Positions 33,719 through 42,870 are shown, numbered from the stretch's first letter. The stretch is 64,000 nucleotides of DNA from an uncultured Actinomycetes bacterium (GCA_963845865.1 CAWJTT010000005.1:11315-75314); one strand, 5' to 3'. The notes: generated by a model from the sequence alone, not told the origin. A program made the numbers and translations.

Positions 33719-33908
33719 GATCGGTCCTCCTGTAGTTGATGGTTGTTCCGTGGGACTCATCTCCTGTGCGACGAACGGGCGCGGCGGACGGGGACAGGCG
33801 GGCGGGATCCGCGACCGGCATGCGGAGAGGGGCCGCCGCCGGCGGCCCCTCGTGGCGTCCACCCGCCGCGGCGGCGTGGCGGGCCCTCGGTCTGCGCCAT
33901 CGCCTCGA

Positions 33909-35387
33909 TCACGCCGCCGGCTCGAGCACGACATCCACGTCGACCCGTTCTGCCTTCGGAGTTGCCTTCGGCCTGGACTCGAGGAAGGCGGCGGCGATCG
34001 CCGCTCCCGCGAGCGCCGCGGCGGTGAGCGCGTAGAACGCGACCTGGAACCCGTGCGTGAGCGCCGGGCCGCTGAAGGCGGGCACCTCGTGGCCGTCGGC
34101 GTAGTGGCTCGTCGCGGTGGCGGCGATCGTCGTCACCGCGGCCAGCCCGACGGAGCCGCCGATCTGCCGGCTCGTGTTGATCAGCCCGGAGGCGACGCCC
34201 GCGTCGGCGGACTCGACGCCTGTGAGGCCGGCGATCGTCACCGGCACGAACGAGAGGGCGAGCCCGAACCCGCTGACGACCAGCCCGGGGAACACATCCC
34301 AGAAGTAGTGCCCGTCGGCGGGCATCTGGGCGTAGAGCGCTGCGCCGGCCGCGGTGAGCAGCAGGCCGGCGCTCAGCACCGGTCGTGCGCCCAGCCGGGT
34401 GGTCAGCGCCTGGCCGAGGTTCGAGACGGCGATGATCGTGGCGGTGATCGCGATGAAGGCGACGCCTGTCTCGATCGCCGAGTAGCGCAGGACCTCCTGC
34501 AGGTACAGCGTGACCAGGAAGAACTGCGCGAACGCAGTCGCGCCGATCGTCAGCGTCACCGCGTTGGCGGCCGACAGCGTCCGCAGGCGGAAGATCCGGA
34601 GCGGCAGCAGCGGCGCGGGGGAGCGTGCCTCGATCCCGACGAACGCCGCGATCAGCGCACCCGCGGTGGCGAGTAGCCCGACCGTCACGCCATCGCTCCA
34701 GCCATGCTCGCTCGTGCGGGTGATCGCGTAGACCAGCGTCATCAGCCCGGCCGTGATCGCGGTGGCGCCGGCCACGTCGAAGTGCCGGTGCGCGACGGCG
34801 GCCCGGCTCTCGCCCACGAGCCACGGGGTGACGGCGAGGACGGCCGCCCCGATCGGCAGGTTCACGAAGAAGATCCACGACCAGCTCAGGTACGAGGTCA
34901 GGACGCCGCCGAGCAGGACGCCGACGGCGCCACCGCTGCCGGAGGCAGCGCCCCACACGCCGAGCGCGATGTTCCGCTCACGCCCCTCGCGGAAGGTGGT
35001 GACGACGATCGAGAGCGCGGCCGGGGCGAGCAATGCGCCGCCGAGGCCCTGCAGTGCCCGGGTGGCGATCAGCGCGCCTTCCGACCAGGCGAGCCCGGAC
35101 AGGAGCGAGCCGAGCGTGAACACTCCGACGCCTGCCATGAACACGCGCCGGCGTCCGAGCAGGTCGGCCAGGCGGCCGCCCAGCAGCAGCGTTCCGCCGA
35201 ACAGGAGCGCGTAGGCGGTGACCACCCACTGCAGGCTCTCCTGGGAGAAGTGGAGGTCATCCTTGATCGCCGGCAGGGCGACGTTCACGACCGCGACGTC
35301 GACGATGACCATGAACTGCGCGGCAACGGTCACCGCGAGCACCAGCCAGCGCCTCCTGTCGGGGTTGGTAGCGAGTAGCGCGTTCAT
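33909..35387 (-). CDS. MFS transporter, 14-TMS drug:H+ antiporter (DHA2/EmrB-QacA) type
   Basis: ATG 35387 has AGGAGGG upstream. LPAIKDDLHFSQESLQWVVTAYALLFGGTLLLGGRLADLLGRRR is present. Length is 492 aa. Confidence 0.9.
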   Translation of the reverse strand: MNALLATNPDRRRWLVLAVTVAAQFMVIVDVAVVNVALPAIKDDLHFSQESLQWVVTAYALLFGGTLLLGGRLADLLGRRRVFMAGVGVFTLGSLLSGLAWSEGALIATRALQGLGGALLAPAALSIVVTTFREGRERNIALGVWGAASGSGGAVGVLLGGVLTSYLSWSWIFFVNLPIGAAVLAVTPWLVGESRAAVAHRHFDVAGATAITAGLMTLVYAITRTSEHGWSDGVTVGLLATAGALIAAFVGIEARSPAPLLPLRIFRLRTLSAANAVTLTIGATAFAQFFLVTLYLQEVLRYSAIETGVAFIAITATIIAVSNLGQALTTRLGARPVLSAGLLLTAAGAALYAQMPADGHYFWDVFPGLVVSGFGLALSFVPVTIAGLTGVESADAGVASGLINTSRQIGGSVGLAAVTTIAATATSHYADGHEVPAFSGPALTHGFQVAFYALTAAALAGAAIAAAFLESRPKATPKAERVDVDVVLEPAA

Positions 35388-35405
35388 AAGGGGCCCTCCT
35401 TGGGC

Positions 35406-35430
35406 GTTCGTGTCTGTCAAGACCACGAAC
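35406..35430. promoter_or_regulatory. 7-bp inverted repeat GTTCGTG-N11-CACGAAC upstream of the MFS gene
   Basis: It was read directly and overlaps a TTGACA on the coding strand. No cognate regulator gene lies next to it. Confidence 0.25.
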
Positions 35431-35556
35431 AGAGCGACGCCCGGGGGACATGGAGCGTGAGAGCCTTTCGATCCGCGCTTCGATGGAGCGCCGCTCGGGC
35501 CCGTCGCGGGCGCGGTCACGTCGCCCAAACGCATCGCTCCGAGTCGTTCTCGCGCG

Positions 35557-36429
35557 CTACGGCACTTGTCGAGTGGGGCTCAGCGACTCGGCGTGTGCGA
35601 TGTCGCGAGGCCCTCGACGCGCGCGGAGCATGCGCGCGTAGTCGTGCCGTGTGCGCGCGAGCCATGGGCGGGCGTCCATGCGCGCGTTCGCGTCGAGTGC
35701 TGCTTCGAAATGGCGGACTGCATCCTCCCAGCGTCCAAGCACGGCTGCGGCGTTGCCGAGGCTGCGTGATACGTCGCCGAGGCTGATCTCGTCTGCGTTG
35801 GAGGCGTTGCGCCCCGCATGTGGACGCAGCAGGTCGTAGAGCGTGCCGGCGTGGTCGGCGGAACCCAGTCGTTCGCTCGCGTCGGCGAGGAAGCTCATGC
35901 AGAAGAGCCATTCGTTGTCGACCGGAATGTCGGTGAACGCGCCGACGGCGAGGTGCTCGAGCGCAGTACGCGCCTCGTCCTCACGGCCGAGATCGCAGAG
36001 CAGGAGAACGAGCGCGCAGCGGAATACCGGCCGCGCCGGATACTCCTGAACGGATCGTCTGATCGTCTCCTCGATCTCGTCCAGACGGCCTTGCTCGCGT
36101 CGGAGCAGGAAGAGCTGGAGGCGCGACGAGAGGGTGGCATCTTGGTTCATGGCGTGGCGGCCGAGCTCGAGCGCTCGCGAGATCAGAGTTTCGGCGTCGT
36201 CGAGTCGCCCGGTAAGCAGCGCCAGGTTGGCGCGCGTTGCCGCGACGTACCAGAGCTGCGCGGGCTGTCGTAACTCGTCCGCGTAATCGCCGCAAACCCT
36301 GTCAGCCCATGAGCGTGCTCCGCGCGAGCGGTCGGGAGACCGCTCGCGCGCGTGCGGGTCGCCGCGAGGTGGGAACGAACGAGCAAGAGGCCGCCGTACT
36401 CCGTAACCTCCTCGATCGCGCGCGCAGGG
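35557..36429 (-). pseudogene. remnant of the TPR region of a large STAND/cyclase/LuxR-type regulator, truncated at both ends
   Basis: The frame is open from the TAG at 36432-36430 down to the stop at 35557. The first ATG/GTG/TTG is at 36150. The product (...LWYVAATRANLALLTGRLDDAETLISRALELGRHAMNQDATLSSRLQLFLLRREQGRLDE...ARPWLARTRHDYARMLRARRGPRD...) looks like the distal helical repeats of such regulators. It has no ATPase or HTH. Confidence 0.5.
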
Positions 36430-36446
36430 CTAGGCTTGGTCGGGCC

Positions 36447-37880
36447 GTGGCGTCGAGGCGCGCAGAGAAGTCCGCGGTCGCGTTCGCGGCCGGGCCTGTG
36501 CTTGTCGTCGTCGCGCTGAAGAGCGCTCTGGCGCTTGCGGTCGCCGGACGGTACGGCTGGCATCGCGACGAGCTGTACTACGCCGTCGCGGGCCTGCATC
36601 TTCAGGGCGGCTACGTCGAGTTTCCGCCGGGGACGGCGCTGTTCTCGGCACTGGCCCGGGAGTTGTTCGGCTGGTCGCTCGTCGGCCTTCGTGCCTTCAC
36701 GATCCTCGCGAGCGCGGGAGCGGTCCTGGTCGGTGCGCTCATCGCCCGTGAACTCGGAGGGTCGCGACGTGCCCAGACGCTCGCGGCGGTGATGATCGGG
36801 TTCGCGCCTGGGATGCTCGCGACGAACCTGCTCTTCCAGCCCGTCGCGCTCGACCAGCTCACGACGATGGTCGTCCTCTGGCTTGCGCTGCGACTCGCGC
36901 TCGGGCGCGGATCGTGGGCGCTCCTGGGAGTCGCCGCGGGCGTCGGGCTCGAGACGAAATACACGATCGCCGTCGTCCTCGTCCTGCTCGTTGCGACGTT
37001 CCTCGTCTGGCGCCGTGACCTACTGCGCTCCTGGGGCTTCCCGCTGGCCGTGGGCATTGCGGCCCTGCTGCTCGCACCCAACCTCGTCTGGGAGGCGAGC
37101 CACGGCTGGGCGAGCGTCCACTGGTTCCTCAACCCTCCGCCGAGCGCCAGCGACGAGACGAGGCCGCAGTTCGTCGCCAACCTGACACTGCTCACGCTGG
37201 TGGCCCTTCCGGTCGCCGTCGCGGGAGTCGTCTCGCTCGTCCGCAACCGCGCGCTGCGCCCGCTCGGCTGGACGGTCGCCGGCACCGTCGTCGCATACCT
37301 CGTGCTCGGCGGAAAGTCGTACTACGCGCTGCCGGTCGTGTTGTTCGCGCTCGCCGTCGGGGCGATCCCGTTCGATCGCTGGGCGACTCGCCCCCGTCTG
37401 GCAATGGCCGGCACTGCCTTCGCCGCGACCGGCCTTCTCGTGCTACCGCTCGCCCTGCCCGTGCTGCCGCTACACACGGCCGTCCGGGTCGGGGTCGTAA
37501 AGGCGCGTAGCGACTATCAGTCGGAGGTCGGCTGGCCCGCGTACGCGCGCCTCGTCGAGCGGCACGCGAAGGGTACCGATGTGATCGTGGCGGACAACTA
37601 CGGCGAGGCGGGGGCGCTCGACGTGTTCGGCCACCGCCTCCCGCCGGTCGCGTCGGCAGACGTGACGATGCGATACTGGCGCCCGCAGGTTTCCGGGCGA
37701 CGCGCGCTCGTGATCGGCTACTCCCGGCACGCCGCGAGCTTCTGCAGCGGCTACCGCGTCGTGGCCCGCATCTCAGCGGCGGATGACAGCGATGAGGGCG
37801 GCGAGCCGATCGCGCGCTGTGCGCTGCGTGGCACACTCGCCGAGGTCTGGCCGAGCATCGTCGCCTCCAACCCCGAGTAG
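36447..37880 (+). CDS. family 39 glycosyltransferase (ArnT/PMT-like, polytopic membrane protein)
   Basis: YGWHRDELYYAVAGLHLQGGYVEFPPG is present with many TM helices. GTG 36447 is approximate. The upstream part of track ORF 36237..37880 is Arg-rich. Confidence 0.8.
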   Translation: MASRRAEKSAVAFAAGPVLVVVALKSALALAVAGRYGWHRDELYYAVAGLHLQGGYVEFPPGTALFSALARELFGWSLVGLRAFTILASAGAVLVGALIARELGGSRRAQTLAAVMIGFAPGMLATNLLFQPVALDQLTTMVVLWLALRLALGRGSWALLGVAAGVGLETKYTIAVVLVLLVATFLVWRRDLLRSWGFPLAVGIAALLLAPNLVWEASHGWASVHWFLNPPPSASDETRPQFVANLTLLTLVALPVAVAGVVSLVRNRALRPLGWTVAGTVVAYLVLGGKSYYALPVVLFALAVGAIPFDRWATRPRLAMAGTAFAATGLLVLPLALPVLPLHTAVRVGVVKARSDYQSEVGWPAYARLVERHAKGTDVIVADNYGEAGALDVFGHRLPPVASADVTMRYWRPQVSGRRALVIGYSRHAASFCSGYRVVARISAADDSDEGGEPIARCALRGTLAEVWPSIVASNPE

Positions 37881-37946
37881 GTCGCCCATGCGCTTGGCGT
37901 CTCATGGAAACACGGCGCCCGCCCACCACTGATCGATGTGGGACTG

Positions 37947-38363
37947 CTAGCCCCAGACCCCGCTCGCGCCTGTTGCGCTGAGTGCGTCGGCACGGTGGAG
38001 GTAGTCCTGCATGAACGTGATGCGCCCGTCGCGCAGGGTGAACACGACACACGCCTGTCCGCGGGGCGGCGAGTGGTCATCGAGTGGAACGCCGACGCCC
38101 GGGCCGCGCACGCTCATGATCACATGCTCGCCAGCCGCTATCAGCTCGAGGGCCTCGACCGCGGGCGGGTTCCCGACGCGCGCGCCGACCCGCTCGAGCA
38201 CCTGATCCCGGCCCTGGCAGACCCAGTCCGGCTTCAGCCCCTGGTGGACGACGTCGGGGGAAAGGCGCTCGCTCATCGTGTCCAGATCCCCGCGCCGCAT
38301 GGCATCGAGCCAATCGCGGAAGATGATCTCAACGTTCGACGAACCGGCATCGGAACCAGCCAC
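37947..38363 (-). CDS. SnoaL-like / NTF2 family protein
   Basis: The pattern IIFRDWLDAMRRGDLDTMSERLSPDVVHQG ... VVFTLRDGRITFMQDY fits. Length is 138 aa. Confidence 0.7.
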   Translation of the reverse strand: MAGSDAGSSNVEIIFRDWLDAMRRGDLDTMSERLSPDVVHQGLKPDWVCQGRDQVLERVGARVGNPPAVEALELIAAGEHVIMSVRGPGVGVPLDDHSPPRGQACVVFTLRDGRITFMQDYLHRADALSATGASGVWG

Positions 38364-38467
38364 GCGCCATCACCTCAAACGCTCGCCCGGACGGATAGAC
38401 AGCACCGGGACGTTACCAGCGCCTCCTGACTCGAGGCCGGACCTCTCGTCGTGGTCAGCCCGCCGCG

Positions 38468-38510
38468 GCCGCCGTTCGCGCCGACGACCTCGCCGTGCGC
38501 GAAGGCGATG
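38468..38510. repeat. left copy of a 43-nt imperfect direct repeat (40/43 identical to 40955..40997)
   Basis: GCCGCCGTTCGCGCCGACGACCTCGCCGtGCGCgAAgGCGATG. On the minus strand it encodes IAFAHGEVVGANGG with no gene attached. Confidence 0.9.
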
Positions 38511-38516
38511 AGCCAG

Positions 38517-38551
38517 TCCGGCGCCCGGCGTGTTGTGCGCCGGGCGCCGGA
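38517..38551 (-). terminator. 14-bp perfect hairpin after the 738-aa gene
   Basis: TCCGGCGCCCGGCG - tgttgtg - CGCCGGGCGCCGGA, 13 nt after the stop at 38564. Confidence 0.6.
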
Positions 38552-38563
38552 CTTGCGGTCAGG

Positions 38564-40780
38564 TCAGCGCACGACGCGCAGCGATCGCGTTGCGGCGAGC
38601 GACTGCAGTCCCTGCGCGTCCTTGGCGGTGACGCGGAGCGTGTATCTGTGCGGTGCGACGTGCTTGAGCGACAGCACGACGGTGAACAGGCCCGCCTTCT
38701 TGCGCGAGACGGTCAGGGCGCGCACGACCTTCTTCCTGGAAAGCACGCTGATCGTGACCTTCGCAGGCTCGGAGAGCTTGAGCTTCAGCTTGAGCAGATG
38801 GCCCTTGGCGAACTGGTGCACGGACACGATGTGCACCTTCGGCTTCGTAGGCTTCGGAGGCTTCGGCGCTGCGATCGTTGTCAACGTCTGATCGGCGCCC
38901 GTGATCGAGCCGAAGTCGCTCGAAGCGACGGCGCGGTAGTGAATCGTGCTCCCGGCGGGCAGGCCCGCGAGAGCGGCGCTGAACGAGGTCGCCGAGGACC
39001 CGACCCCGAGCAGCTGGTCCGGAGTGCTCGAGCCGTATGCGGTCGTCGCACCGAAGTCGAAATGCACCTTGACGCGGGCGCCGCCCGGGTTGACCGTGCC
39101 CGACAGCGTCGCTGCGTGCGTGCTCACGGCCGAGGCAGCGCCAGTCGCGACGTCACTCGGCGCGTAGGCCTGGGCGAACAGGTGTTGAGCTCCGGCGGGG
39201 CCGTCCGCGAACAGGAAGAACGGCGTACCGGCCGCGCCGGCCTGACAGGTGGCTCCATCGGCATTCGTCGGGTTCGCGGTGCAGGTCGACGAGACGGGCG
39301 GGCGGAGGTCGGCGGTGCCCACCTTGGCGACGCCGGTTGGCGTGTCGAGCTTGAAGACCGGATTGGCCGCGCCGCCTTCGAAGTGACCGCTGAACGTGCG
39401 GTGCTGACCGGCGACGTCCTCCTGCCAGGTGATGTACGGAGTGTTTCCAGAGAATGCGATGTCAGGCCGCGAAGCGTCGTTCAGGGTGTTCGAGATCGGC
39501 TGGCCCTGATTGAAGACCTCGAAGTGATCGCCTCCGACCAGGCGCGAGACGAAGATTCCGTGACGTCCCGCACCGATCGTCTCCGACCAGACCACCCACG
39601 GCACCGTCGTGCCGCCCGGCGTGAGCGTGCCTGCCGCGACACGCGGATCCTCGGCGTCGACGGTCGCGTCCTTGTTGAGCGAGCAGGCGCGCTCCGCACC
39701 GGCGCTCGCCAGGCAAGGGCCGAACTGGTTGGCCCCCGAGGTGTCGAGCACGTTGTTCTGCCCGGCCGTGCCATTGCCGACCGCGACCCAGTGGAAACCA
39801 CCGTCCGCGCTGGCGTCCGGAACTGCCTTGGCGGCGAACACGAGCTCGTTGCCGACTCCGTTGAGGCCCGGGTTCTGCTCGTACCAGACGACCCAGGGAA
39901 CCGTGTCCGACGGGCCCGTGAAGGCATCATCGGGCTCGATTCCATCGCGCGTCGGATCGATGCTCAGCGTCGGGTCGCCCGTCGGGGACGAAGCGCCGGT
40001 CGTGGGGTTCAGGCGATCGAGTCCGACCTGAAGCCAGCAGAATCCGTTGACGTTGGCGTTGCCACTCGCGGGCTTCCCGACGCACGGCGTGCCCGGAGCC
40101 GCCTGCTTGACGGCGCGCGAGACGAAGATCTGATTCTTCCCGGTACCTGCGCCGTCGAGTTCCTGCCAGGCCACCCAGGGTACGGGATCATTGCCCGCGA
40201 CGGCGGCCCCGCCGACGACGGCAGGATTCTCCGCGTCGCGAGTGACGTTGATGTTGAGCGACGGTAGCCCGTGGCTCGGCGCGCGGTCCTGACCCGCCGG
40301 CAGCCAGACATTGGCGGCTGCCGAGAAGCGGCTCGCGAAGATCTGCTTCTTGTTGCCGAGGAACGAGTTCGGTTCGTACCACGACACCCACGGCACGGTG
40401 CGGCCCGCCCCGGCGAAGTCGACTGAAGGAGCCTCGGCGTGAACCGTCGGATCGATGTTGAGCGACGCCGGGAACCCTTGCGTCACCCATGCGCCGCCCT
40501 TGAAGGCGCGTACGAAGATTTGCTGCGAGGTGCCGCTCTTCTGCTCGAACGTCGCCCAGGGCACCTGGAGGTTGCCTGCAACCACCGTGCCGCCCTGAAC
40601 GTCGGAGACGCCGGCATCCTGGTTCGGGTCGATGCCGTTGGCGGGGTCGTTGTTGACCTGGGAGCCGTCGGCCGGCAGGCCGACGAAGGCAGCAGTAGCG
40701 GTCGCGGCGAGCACGAGGGCGATCGCCGTCGCCACCGTCGCAAGCAGCGCGTGCCGTCTGTGCGGGACCAATGCCCACAT
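38564..40780 (-). CDS. large secreted protein: six PW-type repeats (putative beta-propeller), an FN3-like TTAYG module and an Ig-like tail
   Basis: ATG 40780 has AAAGGAA 6 nt upstream, and the track starts at TTG 40786. The signal or anchor is ALLATVATAIALVLAATATAAFVG. The repeats are VPWATFEQKSGTSQQIFVRAF, VPWVSWYEPNSFLGNKKQIFASRF, VPWVAWQELDGAGTGKNQIFVSRAV, VPWVVWYEQNPGLNGVGNELVFAAKAV, VPWVVWSETIGAGRHGIFVSRLV and TPYITWQEDVAGQHRTFSGHF. These are followed by LSGTVNPGGARVKVHFDFGATTAYG, a PKPPKPTKPK linker and a Lys-rich beta tail. Confidence 0.8.
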   Translation of the reverse strand: MWALVPHRRHALLATVATAIALVLAATATAAFVGLPADGSQVNNDPANGIDPNQDAGVSDVQGGTVVAGNLQVPWATFEQKSGTSQQIFVRAFKGGAWVTQGFPASLNIDPTVHAEAPSVDFAGAGRTVPWVSWYEPNSFLGNKKQIFASRFSAAANVWLPAGQDRAPSHGLPSLNINVTRDAENPAVVGGAAVAGNDPVPWVAWQELDGAGTGKNQIFVSRAVKQAAPGTPCVGKPASGNANVNGFCWLQVGLDRLNPTTGASSPTGDPTLSIDPTRDGIEPDDAFTGPSDTVPWVVWYEQNPGLNGVGNELVFAAKAVPDASADGGFHWVAVGNGTAGQNNVLDTSGANQFGPCLASAGAERACSLNKDATVDAEDPRVAAGTLTPGGTTVPWVVWSETIGAGRHGIFVSRLVGGDHFEVFNQGQPISNTLNDASRPDIAFSGNTPYITWQEDVAGQHRTFSGHFEGGAANPVFKLDTPTGVAKVGTADLRPPVSSTCTANPTNADGATCQAGAAGTPFFLFADGPAGAQHLFAQAYAPSDVATGAASAVSTHAATLSGTVNPGGARVKVHFDFGATTAYGSSTPDQLLGVGSSATSFSAALAGLPAGSTIHYRAVASSDFGSITGADQTLTTIAAPKPPKPTKPKVHIVSVHQFAKGHLLKLKLKLSEPAKVTISVLSRKKVVRALTVSRKKAGLFTVVLSLKHVAPHRYTLRVTAKDAQGLQSLAATRSLRVVR

Positions 40781-40951
40781 GAGCAATTCCTTTCTCGTGG
40801 TTGACGTGCCAGTCGCAAGGACGCCACGAGCTGCCGCTTATTCCCGCCCCTGTGCAAGAACGCCGGAGACAAGGCCGGCACGGCGCGCCTGTCCGCCTTC
40901 TGAGCGGCTACTGAAGCGAGCACCGAACCCCGTGCCTGACAGCTGGCTGAT

Positions 40952-41251
40952 TCAGCCGCCGTTCGCGCCGACGACCTCGCCGCGCGCAAACGCGATGTGC
41001 ACGGGATAGCCCTCGAGCCGGTCCGGATCGGGCAGCCCGTGCCTGGCCCGCATCGCCCGGAACGGCTCGCCGGCGTGGAAGGCCTCGAAGACCTCCTTCG
41101 TCGGGCAGGTGTCGACGACGATGATCCCGTCGTCCGTGCGCAGGCACAGGTGCAGGATCAAGCCCTCGGCCGGAATCTCGGCGAGCAGTGCGTCGTAGCG
41201 GCGCAGGAGGTCGTCGGGATCTCCTCGCAGGTGCGAGATGGATGCGTGCAT
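40952..41251 (-). CDS. small alpha+beta protein (99 aa), paralogue of 47306..47620, ABM/dimeric-barrel-like
   Basis: ATG 41251 lies 8 nt after the amidase stop. It reads MHASISHLRGDPDDLLRRYDALLAEIPAEGLILHLCLRTDDGIIVVDTC...HIAFARGEVVGANGG. Its last 14 codons form the right copy of the 43-nt repeat (40955..40997). Confidence 0.65.
   Translation of the reverse strand: MHASISHLRGDPDDLLRRYDALLAEIPAEGLILHLCLRTDDGIIVVDTCPTKEVFEAFHAGEPFRAMRARHGLPDPDRLEGYPVHIAFARGEVVGANGG
40955..40997. repeat. right copy of the 43-nt direct repeat
   Basis: GCCGCCGTTCGCGCCGACGACCTCGCCGcGCGCaAAcGCGATG. It forms the 3' end of CDS 40952..41251. Confidence 0.9.
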
Positions 41252-41259
41252 GGCCGTTC

Positions 41260-42697
41260 CTATCGCGTCGTCGTCGGGGTGGGTGACAAGGCGTAGCGAG
41301 GCCAGCCGGCGACCTCCTCGAGCTCCGTCGCCATGGCGAGCAGGAGGTCTTCCCGGCCGGGTGGTCCAACGAGCTGCGCGCCGACCGGGACGCCCCCGGC
41401 GGAGATCCCGAGCGGCACGCTCATCGCCGGCTGGCCCGTGACGTTCCAGATGCGCACGAGCGCGCTGAAGCGCACGGCGTCGTCGGTGACGCCGGCCTGT
41501 GAGCGCATGCCGCCGACCTCGGCGGGCAGCCTGGTCAGGGTGGGCGTGACGAGAACCTCGTCGTCGCCCCAGCCCGCCAGTATGCGCCGGGCGAATGCCC
41601 ACAGGCGCTCGCCCGCCTCGAGATAGTCGACCAGCGGCACGGGCTGCGAGTCGATCAGCCAGGCGCGTGTCGCGGGCTCGAGCCGTTCCGGGTCGGCGCG
41701 GCGGCCGTGCAGGCGCTCGACGACGTGTACCAGGTGCTGCGCGCAGCCCGTCAGGTACGTCGCCCAGCTCGACGGGAACGACTCGTCGTCCCAGTCGGGC
41801 GACCCGCTGCGTACGTCGTGGCCGAGCTCGGCGAGCGTCGCGGCGGCGAGCGATGCCGCGGCCGTCGGCCGCGTCGTCGACCGGCACTCCGAGCGGAGCG
41901 GTGAGCGAGAGGCGGACGGAGAGTCGCTCAGGCCGGATGCGGGCGGCCTCCGCGAACGAGTGCGGGCGAGACGGCGCACCGTGCCGGTCACCCGGCTCGT
42001 AGCCGGCGATCGCGTCCAGCGCGACCGCGGTGTCCCGCACGGTGCGGGTGAGCGCGCCGTCGACGGGCATCCCGCCGGCGATGTCGCCGAAGTCGGGGCC
42101 GATCGAGACGCGGCCGAGCGCGGGCTTCATCCCTACGACGCCGCAGCACGACGCCGGGATGCGAATCGAGCCCCCGAGGTCGCTGCCGTCGGCTATCGCG
42201 ACCATGCCCGAGGCGACTGCCGCGGCGCTGCCGCCCGAGGAGCCGCCGGCCGAGAGCCCCGGGCTCCAGGGGTTGCGGGTGGCTCCGAAGCGCGCGTTCT
42301 CCGTGACCGGGCGAAGACCGAGCTCCGGCGTGTTCGTCTTGCCGACGATGATCGCGCCGGCCTCGCGCAGGCGCCGCACGTGGGCGCTGTCGTGGTCGGC
42401 TATCCAGTCGCCGAACGCGCTGCTCCCCTCGCTGGTCGGGATGCCCTCGGTGGCCGAGAGCAGGTCCTTGATGCCGATGGGCACGCCGCAGAGTGGCCGC
42501 GCGTCGCCGACGCGAACGCGGTCGGCCTGGGCCAGCGCCCGCTCGGCGCAGACGTGAGAGAACGCATTGAGCTCCGGATTGAGCTGCTCGATGCGGAGCA
42601 GCGAGGCCTCGACGAGCTCGCGCGCCGAGAGCTCGCCGGTACGCACGAGGGCTGCCTGCTCGACGGCGCTCAGCTCGAGGACCTCTTCACCGGTCAT
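41260..42697 (-). pseudogene. amidase-signature family amidase with a +1 frame change at about 41860-41866
   Basis: Frame 1 reads MTGEEVLELSAVEQAALV...GIKDLL...GGSSGGSAAAVASG...GGSIRIPAS...LSLTAPLGVPVDDAAD and then becomes nonsense. Frame 2 (track ORF 41260..41991) continues AAASLAAATLAELGHDV...NVTGQPAMSVPLG...VGAQLVGPPGREDLLLAMATELE. Confidence 0.75.
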
Positions 42698-42870
42698 CGC
42701 GGGTCAGTCCCTGCGGGCGACGTCCCGGGGAACTCCTGCGCGCGCTCTGCATCGACGTCGATCACTGCCATCGCCTCCTGTGTTCGCAGGTCGATCGCAG
42801 TGTCTGTGTGCCGCCGCTTGCGCACATGCGTGCCGGTACCCAATTCGCCGGCGGCCGGTACGCATCTTCC

